Counted from the first letter of the stretch, positions 12,201-27,569 are shown. The stretch is DNA of 64,000 bases from Antedon mediterranea (GCF_964355755.1 NC_092677.1:14096101-14160100), one strand, 5' to 3'. Notes: generated by a model from the sequence alone, not told the origin. Made by a program: numbers and translations.

Positions 12201-12528
12201 TCGGAAGCGTAACTGTAATGTATAGCAAACTGGCACCGGCCATCGATTGCTATCTTTTTTTCATGTTTTCCAGTTACTACGTTACCCTATTCTCGGAAAT
12301 GATTTCTACTTCAATAGAGTCTAAAAAAATATTATAAATGTTATAGTAAACCCCTTCTTTGTACACCCCTATTAAGGGGACATTTTCCCGTGCAGTAAAA
12401 CGAGAAGAATGTCATAACACTACGACCAACCTCTATTAAGGGACACCCCTATTAAAGAGACAATTTGTCTGCTTGACATATAATACGGTGGTAGGCCTAT
12501 TCTATTTTAAGTGAATAGTATAGTAATA

Positions 12529-12580
12529 GTATAGTTTGGTGGTTAAGATGCTTGTCTAACGAGCTCTCGGTTCCAATCAT
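12529..12580 (+). mobile_element. Degenerate tRNA-derived SINE head
   Basis: A-box-like tagtttggtggttaag and B-box-like ggttccaatc; similar to the head at 29957. Confidence 0.35.
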
Positions 12581-13223
12581 TTTGTGACGCATGACGTGTA
12601 TACGTTTATTTATATTTATATATATATGGCAATTTGTGACACAGGTTGTCAATTTGGACACTGATATTTCATGTCATGTGGTCAGGACAACGTCCGAAAG
12701 AGTAGCACAACTGTGCATGTTTGTTTTAACCCAGTATGTATGTCGTTTATCTTTTATTTAAACACTCTTGTCTAACGAGGGGACACCTCTGCGGGGTGTC
12801 GTCTCCTAACACCAAGTCATAGCAAAGAAATAGATTTCTTTACTCTATGATGTTCGTCTACGAACACAGCTTGATCGAACAAACTCTGTTGATGAATCGA
12901 GGCAGCTGGAAGTAAATAAGCTGAAACTTCTCTCACAAGATAAACATACTGCCGAGTCGTCCAAATAACTGACCAAGCGGGGGAAGTTACATAATCTGGG
13001 CAAAATAGTATTGTTCTATTAGTTGACTATTTGTATTGTCAATTTATTTGTAAGAAGTAATGGAAAAAAAAGAAAAAGGGTGGAAATAATAATTGAAGAT
13101 GGGTTGTTCCGACGAAAGACAAAAAAAGACTATTTGTATTTCCCACAATTGGCAATCACAACAATTTTAATTGAACTTATAGACCTACTGTATAGTTTGA
13201 TCTCCTAGGCCTATCGTGAATTA

Positions 13224-13400
13224 CTGTAGCCGAGTGGTTAGGATACAATTTCCAGAAATACCGGGTTCGATTCCCCACAAAACAACTACCCGCACCCAGA
13301 CCTATCTGGTTGAACAATACTGTACTGGAGTGGCTTAGGCGGCGTAGAAGGCCACACTACTACATAACGCAAAGCTTAGTAATTCCATACGTTCAGAAAT
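13224..13400 (+). mobile_element. tRNA-derived SINE-like element
   Basis: A box TAGCCGAGTGG (13227) and B box GGTTCGATTCC (13264); no complete cloverleaf. Confidence 0.5.
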
Positions 13401-14348
13401 AATGGGAATACAATTTGAAAATTATTTGTTGAGCATTTAATAAAAAAATTATTTTTATATTTGTATGCTTAATGACATTTTCAGATAATGTTTGTAACGA
13501 TAACGCGTCATTATGGTCTCGGTTTTAGAACAATATTTGATCGTAATTGTCCTTTTTGATCCTCCTTTTGCCATTCACGTCTTGTTCCGCCCCTACTCAC
13601 ATTCATCATATTTCATTCTTTCTCACTCGTACACATCGAAACGTACTACACAACTAGGTCATAATACTTAAATGGTCAACTTGGCTCTAAAATTTTGAAA
13701 TTACAACGTAAATTGCTAATGTATCTCCGATGGAAATTTGCATTTCGTATTATTAGTGTTATTGATGGTAGTGCTGGTATTCAATAGAATGAATAGAACC
13801 GTGCGCAAACAACGCAAGCCCCACCCAAATTACGGTCGCTGCTAATTCTTCTAACCACTGTTAGTGGAACACGAAAATCACATGACTCGAATCAAATTAC
13901 AAGAATAACTTTATTAAATGTACAGTGATCTCTTGACTAGTATGTCTGAAATATTAATATTATTTTGGACGTTAGGAATCTAGAGTTTAGTTGATGGTAT
14001 CGTGTGTTAATGGTTACACGATCGACGGTGTTGCACTTTTGTGTGCGTACGCTAACTGTATCGTCTGCTTCTGCGCGTCCGCCAGCCGGAAACATAACAT
14101 TCGCTTTTTGACGAATAGTTCAACATTTATATTGATGATAATTGGTCATTGATTAATAGGATAGGAGCTTATCGGGATTCTACTCTGGCCTAATCAATAG
14201 GCCTATATTTTTTCTCTTCTATTAGCACGTCAAATGATCAAACGGTAACTGACTTCTTGAGAGATCATACGCTATCTACCTGGAGCATAAAACGTCCATG
14301 TGTTTTTTTACTTTTGGATGAGTGCTAATGAACATAACGAGTATTTGA

Positions 14349-14421
14349 ATGGAAGGGAATGCGCCCTACTTTGTCCTGCGTTTGCCGGCCACATCTTTTG
14401 TGCATAAACTTGTATTCTCAG
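14349..14421 (+). CDS. NETO: Neto, distal alternative first coding exon (1a)
   Basis: MEGNAPYFVLRLPATSFVHKLVFS, then strong donor CAG|GTGAGT in phase 1, compatible with exon 38558; CpG-richer region upstream. Confidence 0.6.
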
Positions 14422-15466
14422 GTGAGTGTAATTATATATTCTATTGATACTTCATTCTATTTTTTTTTACTGTAATCGTAAAATTATATTATTTCTTGAA
14501 TTTTACATTTGAGAAGCGATTGTTATGTTGTATTCGTCGGCGCGTTGCATATCAAAATTTCTGCTTTAATTTCCACCGAAGATTTTAAAAATATTTTAAA
14601 AATTCATAAATTTGACTATGGATATAATGTTACTTGTTATTTATATACATAGGTTAAATTATAAATACTAAATAATTAGTGTAGGCCTATAGTATCCGAC
14701 CATGTCTGTATAGTTGAGTATTATACGTTTCATGGTTTGGGTTACGATGGGAATCTGATCACTTTACCGTACCATTTTTTTTAAGGATTCTATTTTGGCT
14801 TAGACATCGAAATACAATTTTATGTTTCGCAATGACATCATATCGCACGTTATGTCACGTTATCATCAGCAACGTAGTTGAAACATTGCCTCAGTTTTTT
14901 TCTCACCCAACAATGTTCTTACATTATTTTCAATGCGTAAATCAACTATGAAATACAGGCATGTTGAAATCTAGATACATAAACAATTACCAACAATTAG
15001 GTTTAGAGCACAATAATGAAATCTCAATGTATGAGACGTCATTAGGGACAAAAATTATGACACATCTTTAAAGGCTATGTGCGTGCCATAATTCATGAAA
15101 ACGTATGATATGTGAAGGACAGCAGTGATATAAGATCTTTTATTGCAACTATTAAGAGAAACATTTTTTGTTTGTTTAATGGCATTATATTTAAAATATA
15201 TTCAATAGGTAATCTGATGTTGAGGATAAAGTAAGTCCACATGTAGAAATAGTGCATGTATCTGTGACAGCACAGACGCGTGCGTGCGTACGCAAATAAT
15301 TTACAGTATCTGTAAAAATGTTCTGCTTGGTATCATTACATTACTCATCTTAATCTCAAAAGATTAACCAATACAATTATTATAAAAAACCATCTATAGT
15401 GATTAAGAATTGGTTTATAGTAATGTAATTTTATGGTTAAGTGTTTCAAAAATAATAATAGAAATA

Positions 15467-15696
15467 CCGTAAATAGTAACCCCCCCCCCACCCCACCCTT
15501 CTAATAGTAACCCACCTTCTAATAGTAACCCACCTTCTAATAGTAACCCACCTTACCTATTTTCAGGTAACTAATTAAAGATTAGTAACAGTAACCCACT
15601 ACTCTAATAGTAACCGCCCACTACTCAAATAGTATCCCACCCTAAAAACAATCAAAGAATGATAACCCAGGGTTACAATTACGGTAGATTTTACGG
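15467..15696. mobile_element. pogo/Tigger-like MITE with internal tandem repeats
   Basis: TA|CCGTAA ... TTACGG ends; internal repeats of ctaatagtaacccacctt. Confidence 0.5.
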
Positions 15697-16384
15697 CACC
15701 CTTTTCCTGTCAGATGAAGACAATTAGAACGGCACAATGTGCGTGCCATTGTTGTAATAATACATCTGGTTTGCCGTTGTCAATTATGCAAATACCAATG
15801 TATTGTAATAAAATACCTTTTCTTTTAAAACAGGCCATTTGCAATTTATATTTACAAATTACCATAATGCATGAAACACGCGACGACCAGCCATTTATTT
15901 CAACCATAATGACATTTTAAACAAGTTAAACCGAACAATGTTGGGCCTCGGAATGACACTAAAAGTGTTTCGCATGTAATTGTATACTATATAGTATTTG
16001 AACAGGATTCAGTATAGGAGGAAAAATCAAATGAAAACTCATTTTATCATAAACCCGCAACATAAAGTTATGTCCGTCTTGGCTATTCTCATATTTCAAC
16101 AAAAGTTTCTAATTCTTGTAATCCTGTTAAAGAGTTTCTGTGTAATTCTTGTAATCATGTTTCAGCGTTTCTGTGAAATTGATAAGATGATACCGTGTAT
16201 ACACATATCTAGTAAAATTAGTGAAACCAGCCTGTCACATTTTTGGTTACGACATTGGCGAATTGCCCGACCTTTGGGTAATAATAGCAATGAATGTTGA
16301 TTATCTGTCAATTCTTGGTAATATTATTGTTTTTTAGACATCCCCACGCTTTGCGATAGCATGACTCCTACTCCCATCATCCAC

Positions 16385-17010
16385 ATCATGATCTACATAG
16401 TCAGCATCATCTAGATATGGTTACCATCGTTATCGTCATCATCTACATCATGAACTACATAGTCAGCATCATCTAGATGTGGTTACCATCGTTATCGTCG
16501 TCATCTACTTCATCTACATCATGATCTACATACTCAGCATCATCTAGATATGGTTACCATCGTTATCGTCATCATCTACATCATGATCTACATAGTCAGC
16601 ATCATCTAGATGTGGTTACAATCGTTATCGTCATCATCTACATCATGATCCGCATAGTCAGCACCATCTAGATATGGTTACCATCGTTATCGTCATCATC
16701 TACATAATCAACATCATGATCTACATAGTCAGCATCATCTAGATATGGTTACCATTGTTATAGTCATCATCTACCTACATCATCTACATCATGATCTACC
16801 ATAATCAGCATTATCTAGATATGGTTACCATTGTTATCAGCATCATCTAAACCATCTACATCATGATCTACATAGTCAGCATCATCTAGATATGGTTATC
16901 ATTGTTATCTTCATCATCTACATCATCTACATCATGATCTACATAGTCAGCATCATCTAGATATGGTTACCATCGATATCGTCATCATTTAAATCGTGAT
17001 CTAGACATGG
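16385..17010. repeat. Minisatellite, 62-71 bp unit, about 9 copies
   Basis: unit atcatgatctacatagtcagcatcatctagatatggttaccatcgttatcgtcatcatctac; length variants add a catctacat-like 9-mer. Confidence 0.95.
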
Positions 17011-17451
17011 TCATCGTCTTTTATCCGTCATAACTATAATTTTTATTTCATAATCATAATACATCGTAATCTCTTTATTATTATAATCATCATTATCGAC
17101 ATCATCAATTATTGAAGTTTTAAAGCTGACAAGCGACATTTAATTTAATGTGATTCAAATTGTACATATTATCCAGCGCAGTCCGAAATAATTAAATTAT
17201 GAATCCTCAATCAGTAATTCCATTAGACTTGTCGCTTCGTCCCATTTTGGAATTTAAATGAATCTATGGTGATTAGTATTATTGATACGATCCTTTGGAA
17301 ATTGTAATATTTCTGTAAACTAATGCTACAATAATAACCAACTAACCTAATATCAATTAGTGTATACTTACATTTATTATTGACTTTGTAATTACAACTG
17401 AATATCACGTGAACAGGTGGTGATTTTTGAACAGCGTGTTCAGAAACCTTT

Positions 17452-17715
17452 GAATATGTTTTACATATCAATTTACGTTCAAGTACCCTCGTCGTCTATG
17501 ATGTAATGTGCAATGGATTCTTTAAAGGGTGGCTCCGGGTCTGCAAAAGTGGGTTTAATTGACGGTGCTCGTTGCATGCTTCACCACCGAATATGTTTTA
17601 CATATCAATTTACATTCAAGTACCGTCGTCATCTATGGCGTAATGGATTCTTTAAAGGGTAGCTCCGGGTTTGCAAAAGTGGGTTTAAGTTACGGTGCTC
17701 GTAATGCTTCAACCT
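17452..17715. repeat. 137-bp tandem duplication covering flank plus the left end of a MITE
   Basis: gaatatgttttacatatcaattt at 17452 and 17589. Confidence 0.9.
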
Positions 17716-17802
17716 CTGTTGGAAAATAAATACGGTTATTATCAAATGCTGTTGCAAACTGTTAAAATAAAAGTAGTAAATGTTCATATCCGAACCTACC
17801 CT
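17656..17802. mobile_element. Kolobok-type MITE (second family)
   Basis: TTAA|AGGGTAGCTCCGG ... CCGAACCTACCCT|TTAA. Confidence 0.65.
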
Positions 17803-19957
17803 TTAAAACAATACGCACAGTTCGGTGCCCACTAGGACGCAACGCAAAAATGTAAGCCGCAACGCAAGCAAATATTGACCGATCACAAGCAAAACTTTTA
17901 TTGATTGGACGTAGGCATATTAAATCAGAGAAACGACATATGGTTGTGTGTAGATTGTACGAATGTTTGGAAAGATCGAAGAAATAATATTGTTCAATAA
18001 AGATTTTAAATACAGCATTAAACTGTTACTGTATGTTTAAAATATTATTTTGTAAATTTCAGGAAAGACAGAGAGAACGATCCTTAAATATAGATGTTTA
18101 CATTCAGAAATATAACTCGCCAAAAAAACTATGACTCTCTTTAAAATCATAGTTCATGTCGGCCATATGTACGTAGGCGCTGCATACATATTTATTTTAA
18201 GTAATAAGAATAATGTATTTGAATTCGTTGTAAAAGCAATCGTTAATTTACAACCTTACATATGTTTCATAAATATTCAACCAATATCATCGTATTTTAT
18301 GATCACTTTTACAGATATTATTACATAACACCGTATTTGCAAAAATATATAACGAATGTGGTTAGTGTGGATGTAAGCAATATGCATGAATCGTTAGGCG
18401 GGGAATATATCTAAGCAAAATGTTAAATGTCAAATGTCCCATATTTTGGCAAGCGTTGATGATAAATGAGGGTAATAAATGCTGGTATTGGTCTATACAT
18501 TGTAGTGACCATTCTTGCAACTTGCTTTTTAAAAGATTATTTCTTCCTTTTTAAAAGATATTTTCCCTCCTAGAAAGGAAGGTTTAGTTCAGAGCATGTT
18601 CTGGAATGAAAGGTTAGCTTCCATTACTACACCGTGGAAGAAGCAAAAATGTATAATAGGTACTAACTCCTTACTGTCTACATAATTAACAAATAATGTT
18701 GTAATACAGTGTCATATAACATGAATAACTTTCTCAGTATGTTATGAAAATTATCACAATATAGGATGTGTTCTTTGGGACCCAAAGGCGCTGTTGCAGA
18801 TTAGTTCACGAGTTGTTTTATTTATTTTACTCAATCTGTCGTCAAGTACATAATTAGGCCTACTAAAAACACAACCTGCTAAGTATCTCAAAATTAAGCA
18901 CAATATCTGTTTTCTTGTCTTGTTGCTTTATTGCTTTTATTTGGTGAATATATTTTGATTTTCGACGGATAGGTGTTTATTAGACATTATAATTTATCTT
19001 AGGCTAGGTAATTTTTAGCGTAGATTACGTTCTCAATATATTAATATAATAATGTTTGTAAAAGCAAATTGTTTGTTTACCCGAAGTACCCATGTCTACA
19101 TAGACCCGTTTCGCACAGTTCTTCAATATATCTTTGATATTCTTTATTTATACGTACATGTTTAGATAATTTGTAATTATCTTTTACTAAACTTTTCCCA
19201 GGCTGTATGATATTAAACGATACTCAACATTTAATTTTAGCCAATATGGTCATCTTACTATTACGTTTGTTATTGACGAATCATTATAATTATCACACAA
19301 GGTGTCAAAATCGACACGGATTTCGCAGACTCCTAAGCCCAGTTTGAACGTGCCATTGCATTAATTTTTTAACCCATAACCAAGTATCCTGTAATTTGAA
19401 CGTAACATATTATTATTATTATTATTATGTCCTGGGCTCCCTGTAATAATTAACTGACCCATCGCCGTATGTTCAACATTTGTTTTTACGGATTTTGATA
19501 TGTGTCACAAGATGTTTTGACAGCAAGGTGATACTGATGCTAGGATATGTTACGCGGGCCACTCTGATTGTAGATAACATTCCAATCTGCCAATCAACAG
19601 TTCGAACTAAAGTGCTTATAAGAAATTAAATGGCGATAGTTATGACGTCATATTCTTACCATCTTAGCTGTGTGATACTTTCTGTTATTCGTACCTACAA
19701 TTTGAGTTTTTGCGGCGTATACTTTTGGACTCGTCATTAGCTGGACATTTAGGCGCTTACAATGTTAATCTATTCAACAAAAATATTGAAAGGCAATTTA
19801 ATTGAGATTAACAAATTTACTAAGTGTAACCTTATAAATGTTGGAGAAAGTTAGAGTAAAGTCGTTTGCATGGATATTAGATCGAGGATTCTGTTACATA
19901 ATAGATTAATAATTATAAAGACTCATAGACCAGTTGAATTTGAACCATACCGTGAAA

Positions 19958-20030
19958 GCGCCAGTGGTCTAATGGACGTGAATATCAAGCAGAAGGTTCC
20001 TGGTTCGAATCTCGATCGGTTCCTCAATCT
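19958..20030 (+). mobile_element. tRNA-derived SINE head or tRNA pseudogene fragment
   Basis: A-box-like tggtctaatgg and B box ggttcgaatc (20002). Confidence 0.4.
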
Positions 20031-22789
20031 CGCAGTTTTCCTAATCTTCACCGTTTAATTAATTAATTGTTAGTATTTATTGTTTCTTCTATGCCTGTCA
20101 AATTATTATATCTTTGTTATACAGTACTTATTATTATTAGCTTGAGGGCGCTGTTTTCAATTCCAAATCATAATGTTGAATTATTTTGTCACTACAAACA
20201 ATATTGTTAAATATTGAAACATTAGTAAGTTCACCATAACTAGTTCAAATTCAGCAGATGAAATAACTCCTTCTTCTAGACTAGTGTAAACTTGAAGGAT
20301 CCTTTCCATTGTTTGACCGCATAATTTTGTCCACAGTAGCGTACCATGGTGTTAGGTTTCTTCTCATCTATTAGCATTAATTTACTACTACTTTTTTACT
20401 ATAAATAACCCTTTTAAAAAATAATTTCAAACCCCTAAATTATTGTTGAACAGGATTGTTGCTAGGCACTTCTCACAACTTTAGCTACCATTCACACTAG
20501 TAATTTTGTTTTAATGTCAGCAAATAACAAACAGTCAGAAATAACTTGTTGAACAGTGAAAACATAACCTTTATCGCGATATCATGGTTGATGACAATAA
20601 ACAAACAAGGAACGTTTAATATGGGCAATATTCATTTAAATGTTCACTGTTAACCATTTAATGTATAGTATCTTAATAATGCCTGTTCTTAATAATTACC
20701 CCTTACTGGGGAATTTAATAATATATTGAAAGTATAATATGAAAATTATTCAGTCAAATATTACATAGAGATTGACATTAGACCTACATCTAGCTTAATA
20801 TTATAGGTACTTTCAGCAAACGAAATACAAACCTCACCAAAGAGAATTTGCTTCTTAGTTTTTCCTTGATACAGTTGATGTTAAATATCGAGTTACCTTA
20901 AACTAAACTCGAGATCTTTGCACAAGAAAAAACAATATGAAAGTCGAAACTGAACACTATTAATTCCATAAAGTAACGAAATACGAAATATAAGGATCAA
21001 TCAAATATAGAATTGCAGGCATAACCAATTATAATAAATGCATTCTCTGCAATTATCTGGACTGGTTATACCGAAAAATATTGATTCCAAAGTTGTTAGT
21101 AATATTATGTTGTGATCAAATTTAAGAAATGAAAAAAGTATAATGATCAATAAAACAAACTTGTAATAAAAATTAATAAGCACCTAGAACTGAATAAAAT
21201 TAGGAGCGATAGAGGGCGTGCTATTTTATATTTTGACCAATACTTAAAATAAAGATGCTCGAGATTTTAATATGCTTTGTGACGTCACAAATATATCGAT
21301 TTTCCCGAAAATTAACAGACATCGTATGTTTATCTATTTGCTAAACAAAATTCAGGACCATAACAATAAGAAGGTTCGTTTGTGTATGATAATGTATAAT
21401 AATGTATAATAATAATTATTATAATGATTGGTTCTTTTTTTTTTTTTTTGGTCTGGACGAGATATCCAATTCGTTATCATTAATTGATTTTTTTTGTTGC
21501 ACATTACACAAATAAATAATAACTTAATCTGTCACCATACTATGAATATAAAGACTGGTTATAATAATCTTGAAAGAAAGACGAGAAGCAACGATTAAAT
21601 ACATTTGAAAAACAATTTTACGTTGAAATAGAATCTTTGGTTGACTTCATTTTGAGTGCACGCAATATTAGGTCTATTTATTTTAATAGATGTAATGAAG
21701 CATGTATCTTGAAAACATTAAAAATAGTTATTTATAAATTGAAAAATCGCTGTCACTTAATGCTTTGAATAAATAGAAATAACATTCTATAAACATTTTG
21801 CGAGTGGTTTATTTTTCACAAGCAATACGTCCCCAGAGTTGAACAATTATATTCCAGTAAATAGGCTTTTCTAGCTACTGTATGTTCCAATAGTTCACAC
21901 CCAGGTCAGGCTAGCCATGGGATATGATGACACTATTCACCACATGGTGACATAAATAGATGAACACATATACATGCATGTGTGATGTCTATATTAATAC
22001 AGTTGTCAATGTACCATAGTTAATTTATCTTACATAATTTGCAACTGTTAATGACTCCTTGGTGAGTGTTTCAAAGCTGTTTGATAAATGGTCACCGCAC
22101 GCCACATATACTACCACCTCGCCTGTTGTTTTACTTGTAGGGTAAAGTCAAGCTTAAATATCAATAAGGTGTGTAATTTGTAAGCTGTGACTTGTGGCCT
22201 GTGAGCCATAATAAGCTTTAATTTTACTCTGTTAGAAGTCCCAGACGTTTTATCGAACAAGTAAACAAATAAACTATTCCAAATATAAATGTCAATATAC
22301 TTTCTGATAAAGTCAATGATAACATTATGTTATCTATGTATTGTATTTGCCACGAATTGTGTTTTATTGGTAGGCCCCTACTCAGTGCTACTTCGTGGTC
22401 TGTATCTATTTATTTGCTCTTTGGTCATTATCGATAGGCATAGGATAGATTAACGAAAATGTTTGTTATCTGCGTATGTTTCCCCGAATTGGTTCTTAGA
22501 ACGTGTATAATTCCGTTTTATGATACAATTTTTATTTTATGGATTTATTCTCTGAAGAATCCTTTTTCTCAAATAGTTTCACATTAGCATATTCGTTATA
22601 TTTGCGTTAGCATTCTTGAGGAAATCATCATCCGTTGAGTTCAACCACTTCTGTGCTTATGTCTTATATAGAACAAATCAGGCAAATCAATCAAAAGTAA
22701 CATTCAACGGAAACTTGAAGACAGTTATTACTGATTACGGTCATTCTGGCCAATTATTAATATCATTTTACGCAGTGCATTATTTTATT

Positions 22790-23200
22790 ATCCATCATCA
22801 TCACCATTACTGTATCATCATTATTATTACCGTATCATCATCTTTATCATTATCATCATCATTATCAGCGTCTTCATCGTCATTATCATCTTCACCATTA
22901 TCATCATTATCATCATCTTTATCATTATCATCATCATCATCATCATTATCAGCATCTTCATCGTCACCATTATCATCACTGTCATCATCATCAGCACTAT
23001 TATCATCTTCATCATCATCATCATCATTATCATTATCATTTTCATCATTATTTTGATCATTATCGGCATCATCATTATCATCGTCACCTTTATCATCATT
23101 ATCATCATCACTATCATCATTATCATTATCATCGTCACTTTTATCATCACCATTATCGTCGTCATCATCATCATCATCATCAGTCATCATCATCATATCA
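22790..23200. repeat. Long imperfect (CAT/TAT)n microsatellite
   Basis: direct reading; source of the poly-S/D/M/I ORFs. Confidence 0.95.
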
Positions 23201-25283
23201 TAGATCATTTTACTTCTTCACCCTCTTCCTCCTCGTCCTCCAAACACCTTCACTGTCCTCAATATTGTTTTCAAAATGCAAGACACATATCAATAGTAGA
23301 CAACAATATAAACAAGTACAGTAATCGAATAAATCTGAAATGTGGCTGACATGGTTTCGATATCAACTTATTGAATGATTAAACAACGTATACGTGACAA
23401 AATCCATGTGTTTCTACAACACAGCACAATCACGCCTAATTAGGTTTAGATTATATTATGTTTATTAACGTAATTGAAAAAAAAAAACCAAATTATACGT
23501 CGCTTCAACACTGTTTTTAAACCAATTGTATTACGTGATTTGAAGATGAAATGAGATGCCAGCGAATAATGTATAATGTTTGAGATCGTAGCATTTTATT
23601 GATAAATTTTCGTTTTCCTAATCCGCTTCACTCTATCATTATTGTTGTCATCATTATCTTCATTTTCACTATCTGTAATTCTCTTTTATGTCGCCTTCGT
23701 CTCCTCATACATGGCTGTAATATAATCATCATTACATGCTGAGCGTTTCTTTGAAATTGAATAAACTGATATATTCGACAATAAAAAAACACAATGTTAT
23801 AAAAAGGAAGATCCCGTACATTTAACATATTTGTTATTATCATTTCCAATTACTTTTATAATGGAGCATATGTTACATCAATTATTTATGTTGAATGCGT
23901 CAACACGTTAACAATCTAATACACATGGAACATAGGCTCTATAATATACACAGGCCCTGTATACGACGAATATAGGACTGAGATTAGATTGACTTCAATG
24001 CATAAACACTCGATCGAACCGGAGATGGGTGGGGAGGGGGGCGGGGGGTGAGCGGGTACTGTAAATTATCTAAACATTTTCATCAGATTTTAAAGTTAGT
24101 CATACAATCCATTTTTTAAAGGAATTCCAATCATGTTTAGCAATGTCAACAGTCAGCTAGCCTTAAGCTAATCATCGATTCTTGTAGATTTCTTATCGTC
24201 TGATATCTTTACTTAAGTCAGTCTTATTGATATACTCAATTTATGGACAGGCCTAAAGCGTATGTATATCTTGTTTCGTACAAATACCAACGGCAGTTAG
24301 ACAGCCAATGTAGCAGAGATGTTTTCTCTACCTAAATTGGTTATCGCATAAAGCACGATAGTGTAATACTTAATACAATTCGGAACGTGAGGTAAAGATG
24401 TAAAATGAATACACAATACGTGCTAAAATTATCGGCATCTAGACGCGCTCTTCAATCCATCACCGATTAGGTAATCCATTTGTAGATTAATTAAATTTCA
24501 TGGAAATGTATTTGTGTCATTAGTTTAATTGATAAATATCTGAAAATAATTGATAAGGATATTTATCATTAATTTAACGCGCTCTTCAATTGTCGTGTTT
24601 CTTGTGGTATTATAAATAATAATAATAAATCATCAAGATCATATTGATTTGTTTATAACGTTTCATATATTAAGTTATTCAAAAAAGGAAATATTAATAA
24701 GCACGGTGAATGAGTCTTTACAAATATAATACGCGAGACAATTTTCTATTTATAGCACGTACATTAGAAACATAATATGAATGTAGATCCCCATTGGTAG
24801 AATTTCAAAGACAACCAATCAGATAAGTTCTGACAATTTATATCAAAAACAATACTCTGGTGGAAAACTATACAGTTATTGAAGAACTAACGGAACGTTT
24901 GCTGAATGAATCCCAAACATGCACTTACTATTAATTGCCGTTTAACTCTGGGGTTTAGTAATCATAATTGATCAAGACCACCCTCAATGAATTATACAAC
25001 AGGAATATGATCAATTTCAGCCTACTGAGTGTATATCATTAATAAGTGTGTATGGGCAGCCGTTGTCCGACGACGAACTTCTCACACTTCGTCAACAGAC
25101 GTTCAAGAAATGCGTGAATAGGCTCCCTCGTCGTGCACGTTTTATCAAGGAATATGATGAACATCGCTTGGAATGACGCCTATACATTCAATACTTTGAT
25201 TGCCTTTGGATTGTGTGGATTTCGATATTGATATTTAACGGTTGGAATTTAAAAACGTGATCTTGGATGATTTACGTTGAATT

Positions 25284-25317
25284 ATGAAAATATTAATGGA
25301 TTTTCATAACCTAAGAG
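25284..25317 (+). CDS. NETO: Neto, proximal alternative first coding exon (1b)
   Basis: MKILMDFHNLR, then GAG|GTAGGT donor in phase 1; a short first coding exon as in vertebrate NETO1. Confidence 0.55.
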
Positions 25318-27569
25318 GTAGGTAGGAGATTATAAACTTACATGCTTCATATATTATGTTGAAGTTTGCAGCTATAACAATTTTAATATTTAAACACTAG
25401 CAAAATTTAGAAACAATTTTATTAAACGCATTACATTGCATTAGTAATTTCGCTGCCCGGGGTATCTCATTTATCATAAGGAGAAATCCCCAGTGATGCT
25501 GAAATTCGTCACCGAGCACTACGTAGGCCCATACTGTAGGCCTAGTTATTGTCAACATTAGTATTGTCAACATTGGTCTGCCCAGAAATCAGAAGATATG
25601 TACCAAGTCCTATAGCAATAATGTTAATTATTATTATGTTAAGATACCGTATATAAAGAAATGTTAGGCCTACTAATCGTACACACTTACACCAAGCAGT
25701 CTGTCGGACGGTCGGTCATTTGTTAAACAGGACATTCAGTTACCTTGAATATTTGTTTTATAAACAGTACATTTTTGCTCTTATTTTGCGATAACATTAT
25801 GCTCTAATACTTTGCTCTTGAGGAGATAAGATATAACACTTCAGTGAAACTGTAATATCAACTAGCACCAACAAATCCTCTCTTAGTATTCTGTCGCCTA
25901 AATAAAACATCAAGTGCAATAGATATTCTATGCGCTTAAACTTCTGTTGTCTGGGTCTTGGGAGGTGGCTGGGTTACAGTTGTGTCCCGTGTATCAGAGA
26001 ATGCACAGTTTTCTGTTAACCTCTGTGGGACAGGAGGTTATACAGTACAGTACTATACCTGGGATGTCAGTGCATTTTAGAATGGCGGGTTTGTGTACAC
26101 GTATCCTCTGACGTGTTTCTCTCTCATAAGTAGATAAATCCCAGTGGATTTTTAACGATAATTCGATGTGATTAGATACAATATCCGTCAGATAGTGTAT
26201 TGTGTTTAGGTAACTATTGAAATCCCTAGTGAGAAACATAGATATGTGTTTACTGTATTTATATACCATTCCTGAAATTAACTGATATTGCTGATATATT
26301 ATTACCGTAGTCTCAGGAGAGATATAGATTACGTTGGGGGTAATATTAGGAAGCACTTTGAGAACGGCGCTGATAAAAATGCGTAAAAAATGATATTGCT
26401 GTGTTTATTGCATTTTTAGTGTCGGCGTCATTCACTCAAAGAATTTCTGCTACTTTCCACACAATGGAAATCAATCAATCCTTTATGTATGGGAGTTTTG
26501 ATATTTATATTCGTTTTATTCCAATTCAAAAAACAACATTGTAAAGTTTAAGAAGAAAAGCCTTCACAATGGTGTAATTTTTTCCCCTCGAAATTCGTCT
26601 TTGTCGTTGTGCGAGAATGTGATTTATAACACTGTGGGCCTATATCACAAACATCATAAACTTGCTCAGTCGCCATAGACACTGATTGGTATCCATAAAC
26701 AATAGTGAATAAGATGCAGTGTATCTGGCAAATATCGTATAGGTTTTAGTATAATTTTAGTTAGTGAAAACTGTGACACAATAAAAAAAAATAATATACT
26801 TCAGAAACGTTTTTTATACTATGGTAAATGAGTGACGTTATAACAATGGGATTTCATCGCTTATAATAAATCGACATTTTAAACCCGGAGTTGGCCTTTA
26901 AGGCTGGTAAATCGTCATTCTGTATAAATGACGATTTATTAGCTGAATAATCATTGTTCATAGCGACAATGAATAACACATCACTCAACAAATGTATGTA
27001 AAACAATGTAAATGTAATTCATATATATATATATATCTTAAATTAGATTGTCTAATGAAAGAATACATCGGATTTATTAACCATTACTGTAACAATGTGT
27101 AAAATTGTCATATTGAAACAAAGATAAAGGTTGAAACAATATAATGTATATAAAACACCTAAATAAATTTGTCATTTGATTGGACGATTATTGGTCACCT
27201 AGCGTGCAATAGTACGCAATATAATGCATACATTTATGTTATGATTATTATTTGCATATTGCGTGATTCAGAAATGTTTTATAGATTTAGCTGGTATATT
27301 ATACCACTTATTGTAACAGTTAATCATCAAATAATAATAATAAATGCTGTGAATAAATCACGAACATGCATGTACATATATTAACTGTACTTCATTCCGT
27401 TATATTTGAAATTGTTACCTTCTTTTCTTTTACATTAATTATATTAATAATAATGAATTGCCACTGAATCAGAGTTGCCGTAAAACATTAATATAACGTT
27501 CATTTAAAGATGTATTTTCCCCAAAAAACATGAAAAATGTTAATAAATGCTATTTAATATTATTTCTTT

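Noticed and set aside
22616-23349. Poly-Ser/Asp/Met/Ile ORFs (also 8914-9111)
   Set aside because: Products of (CAT)n microsatellites within introns.
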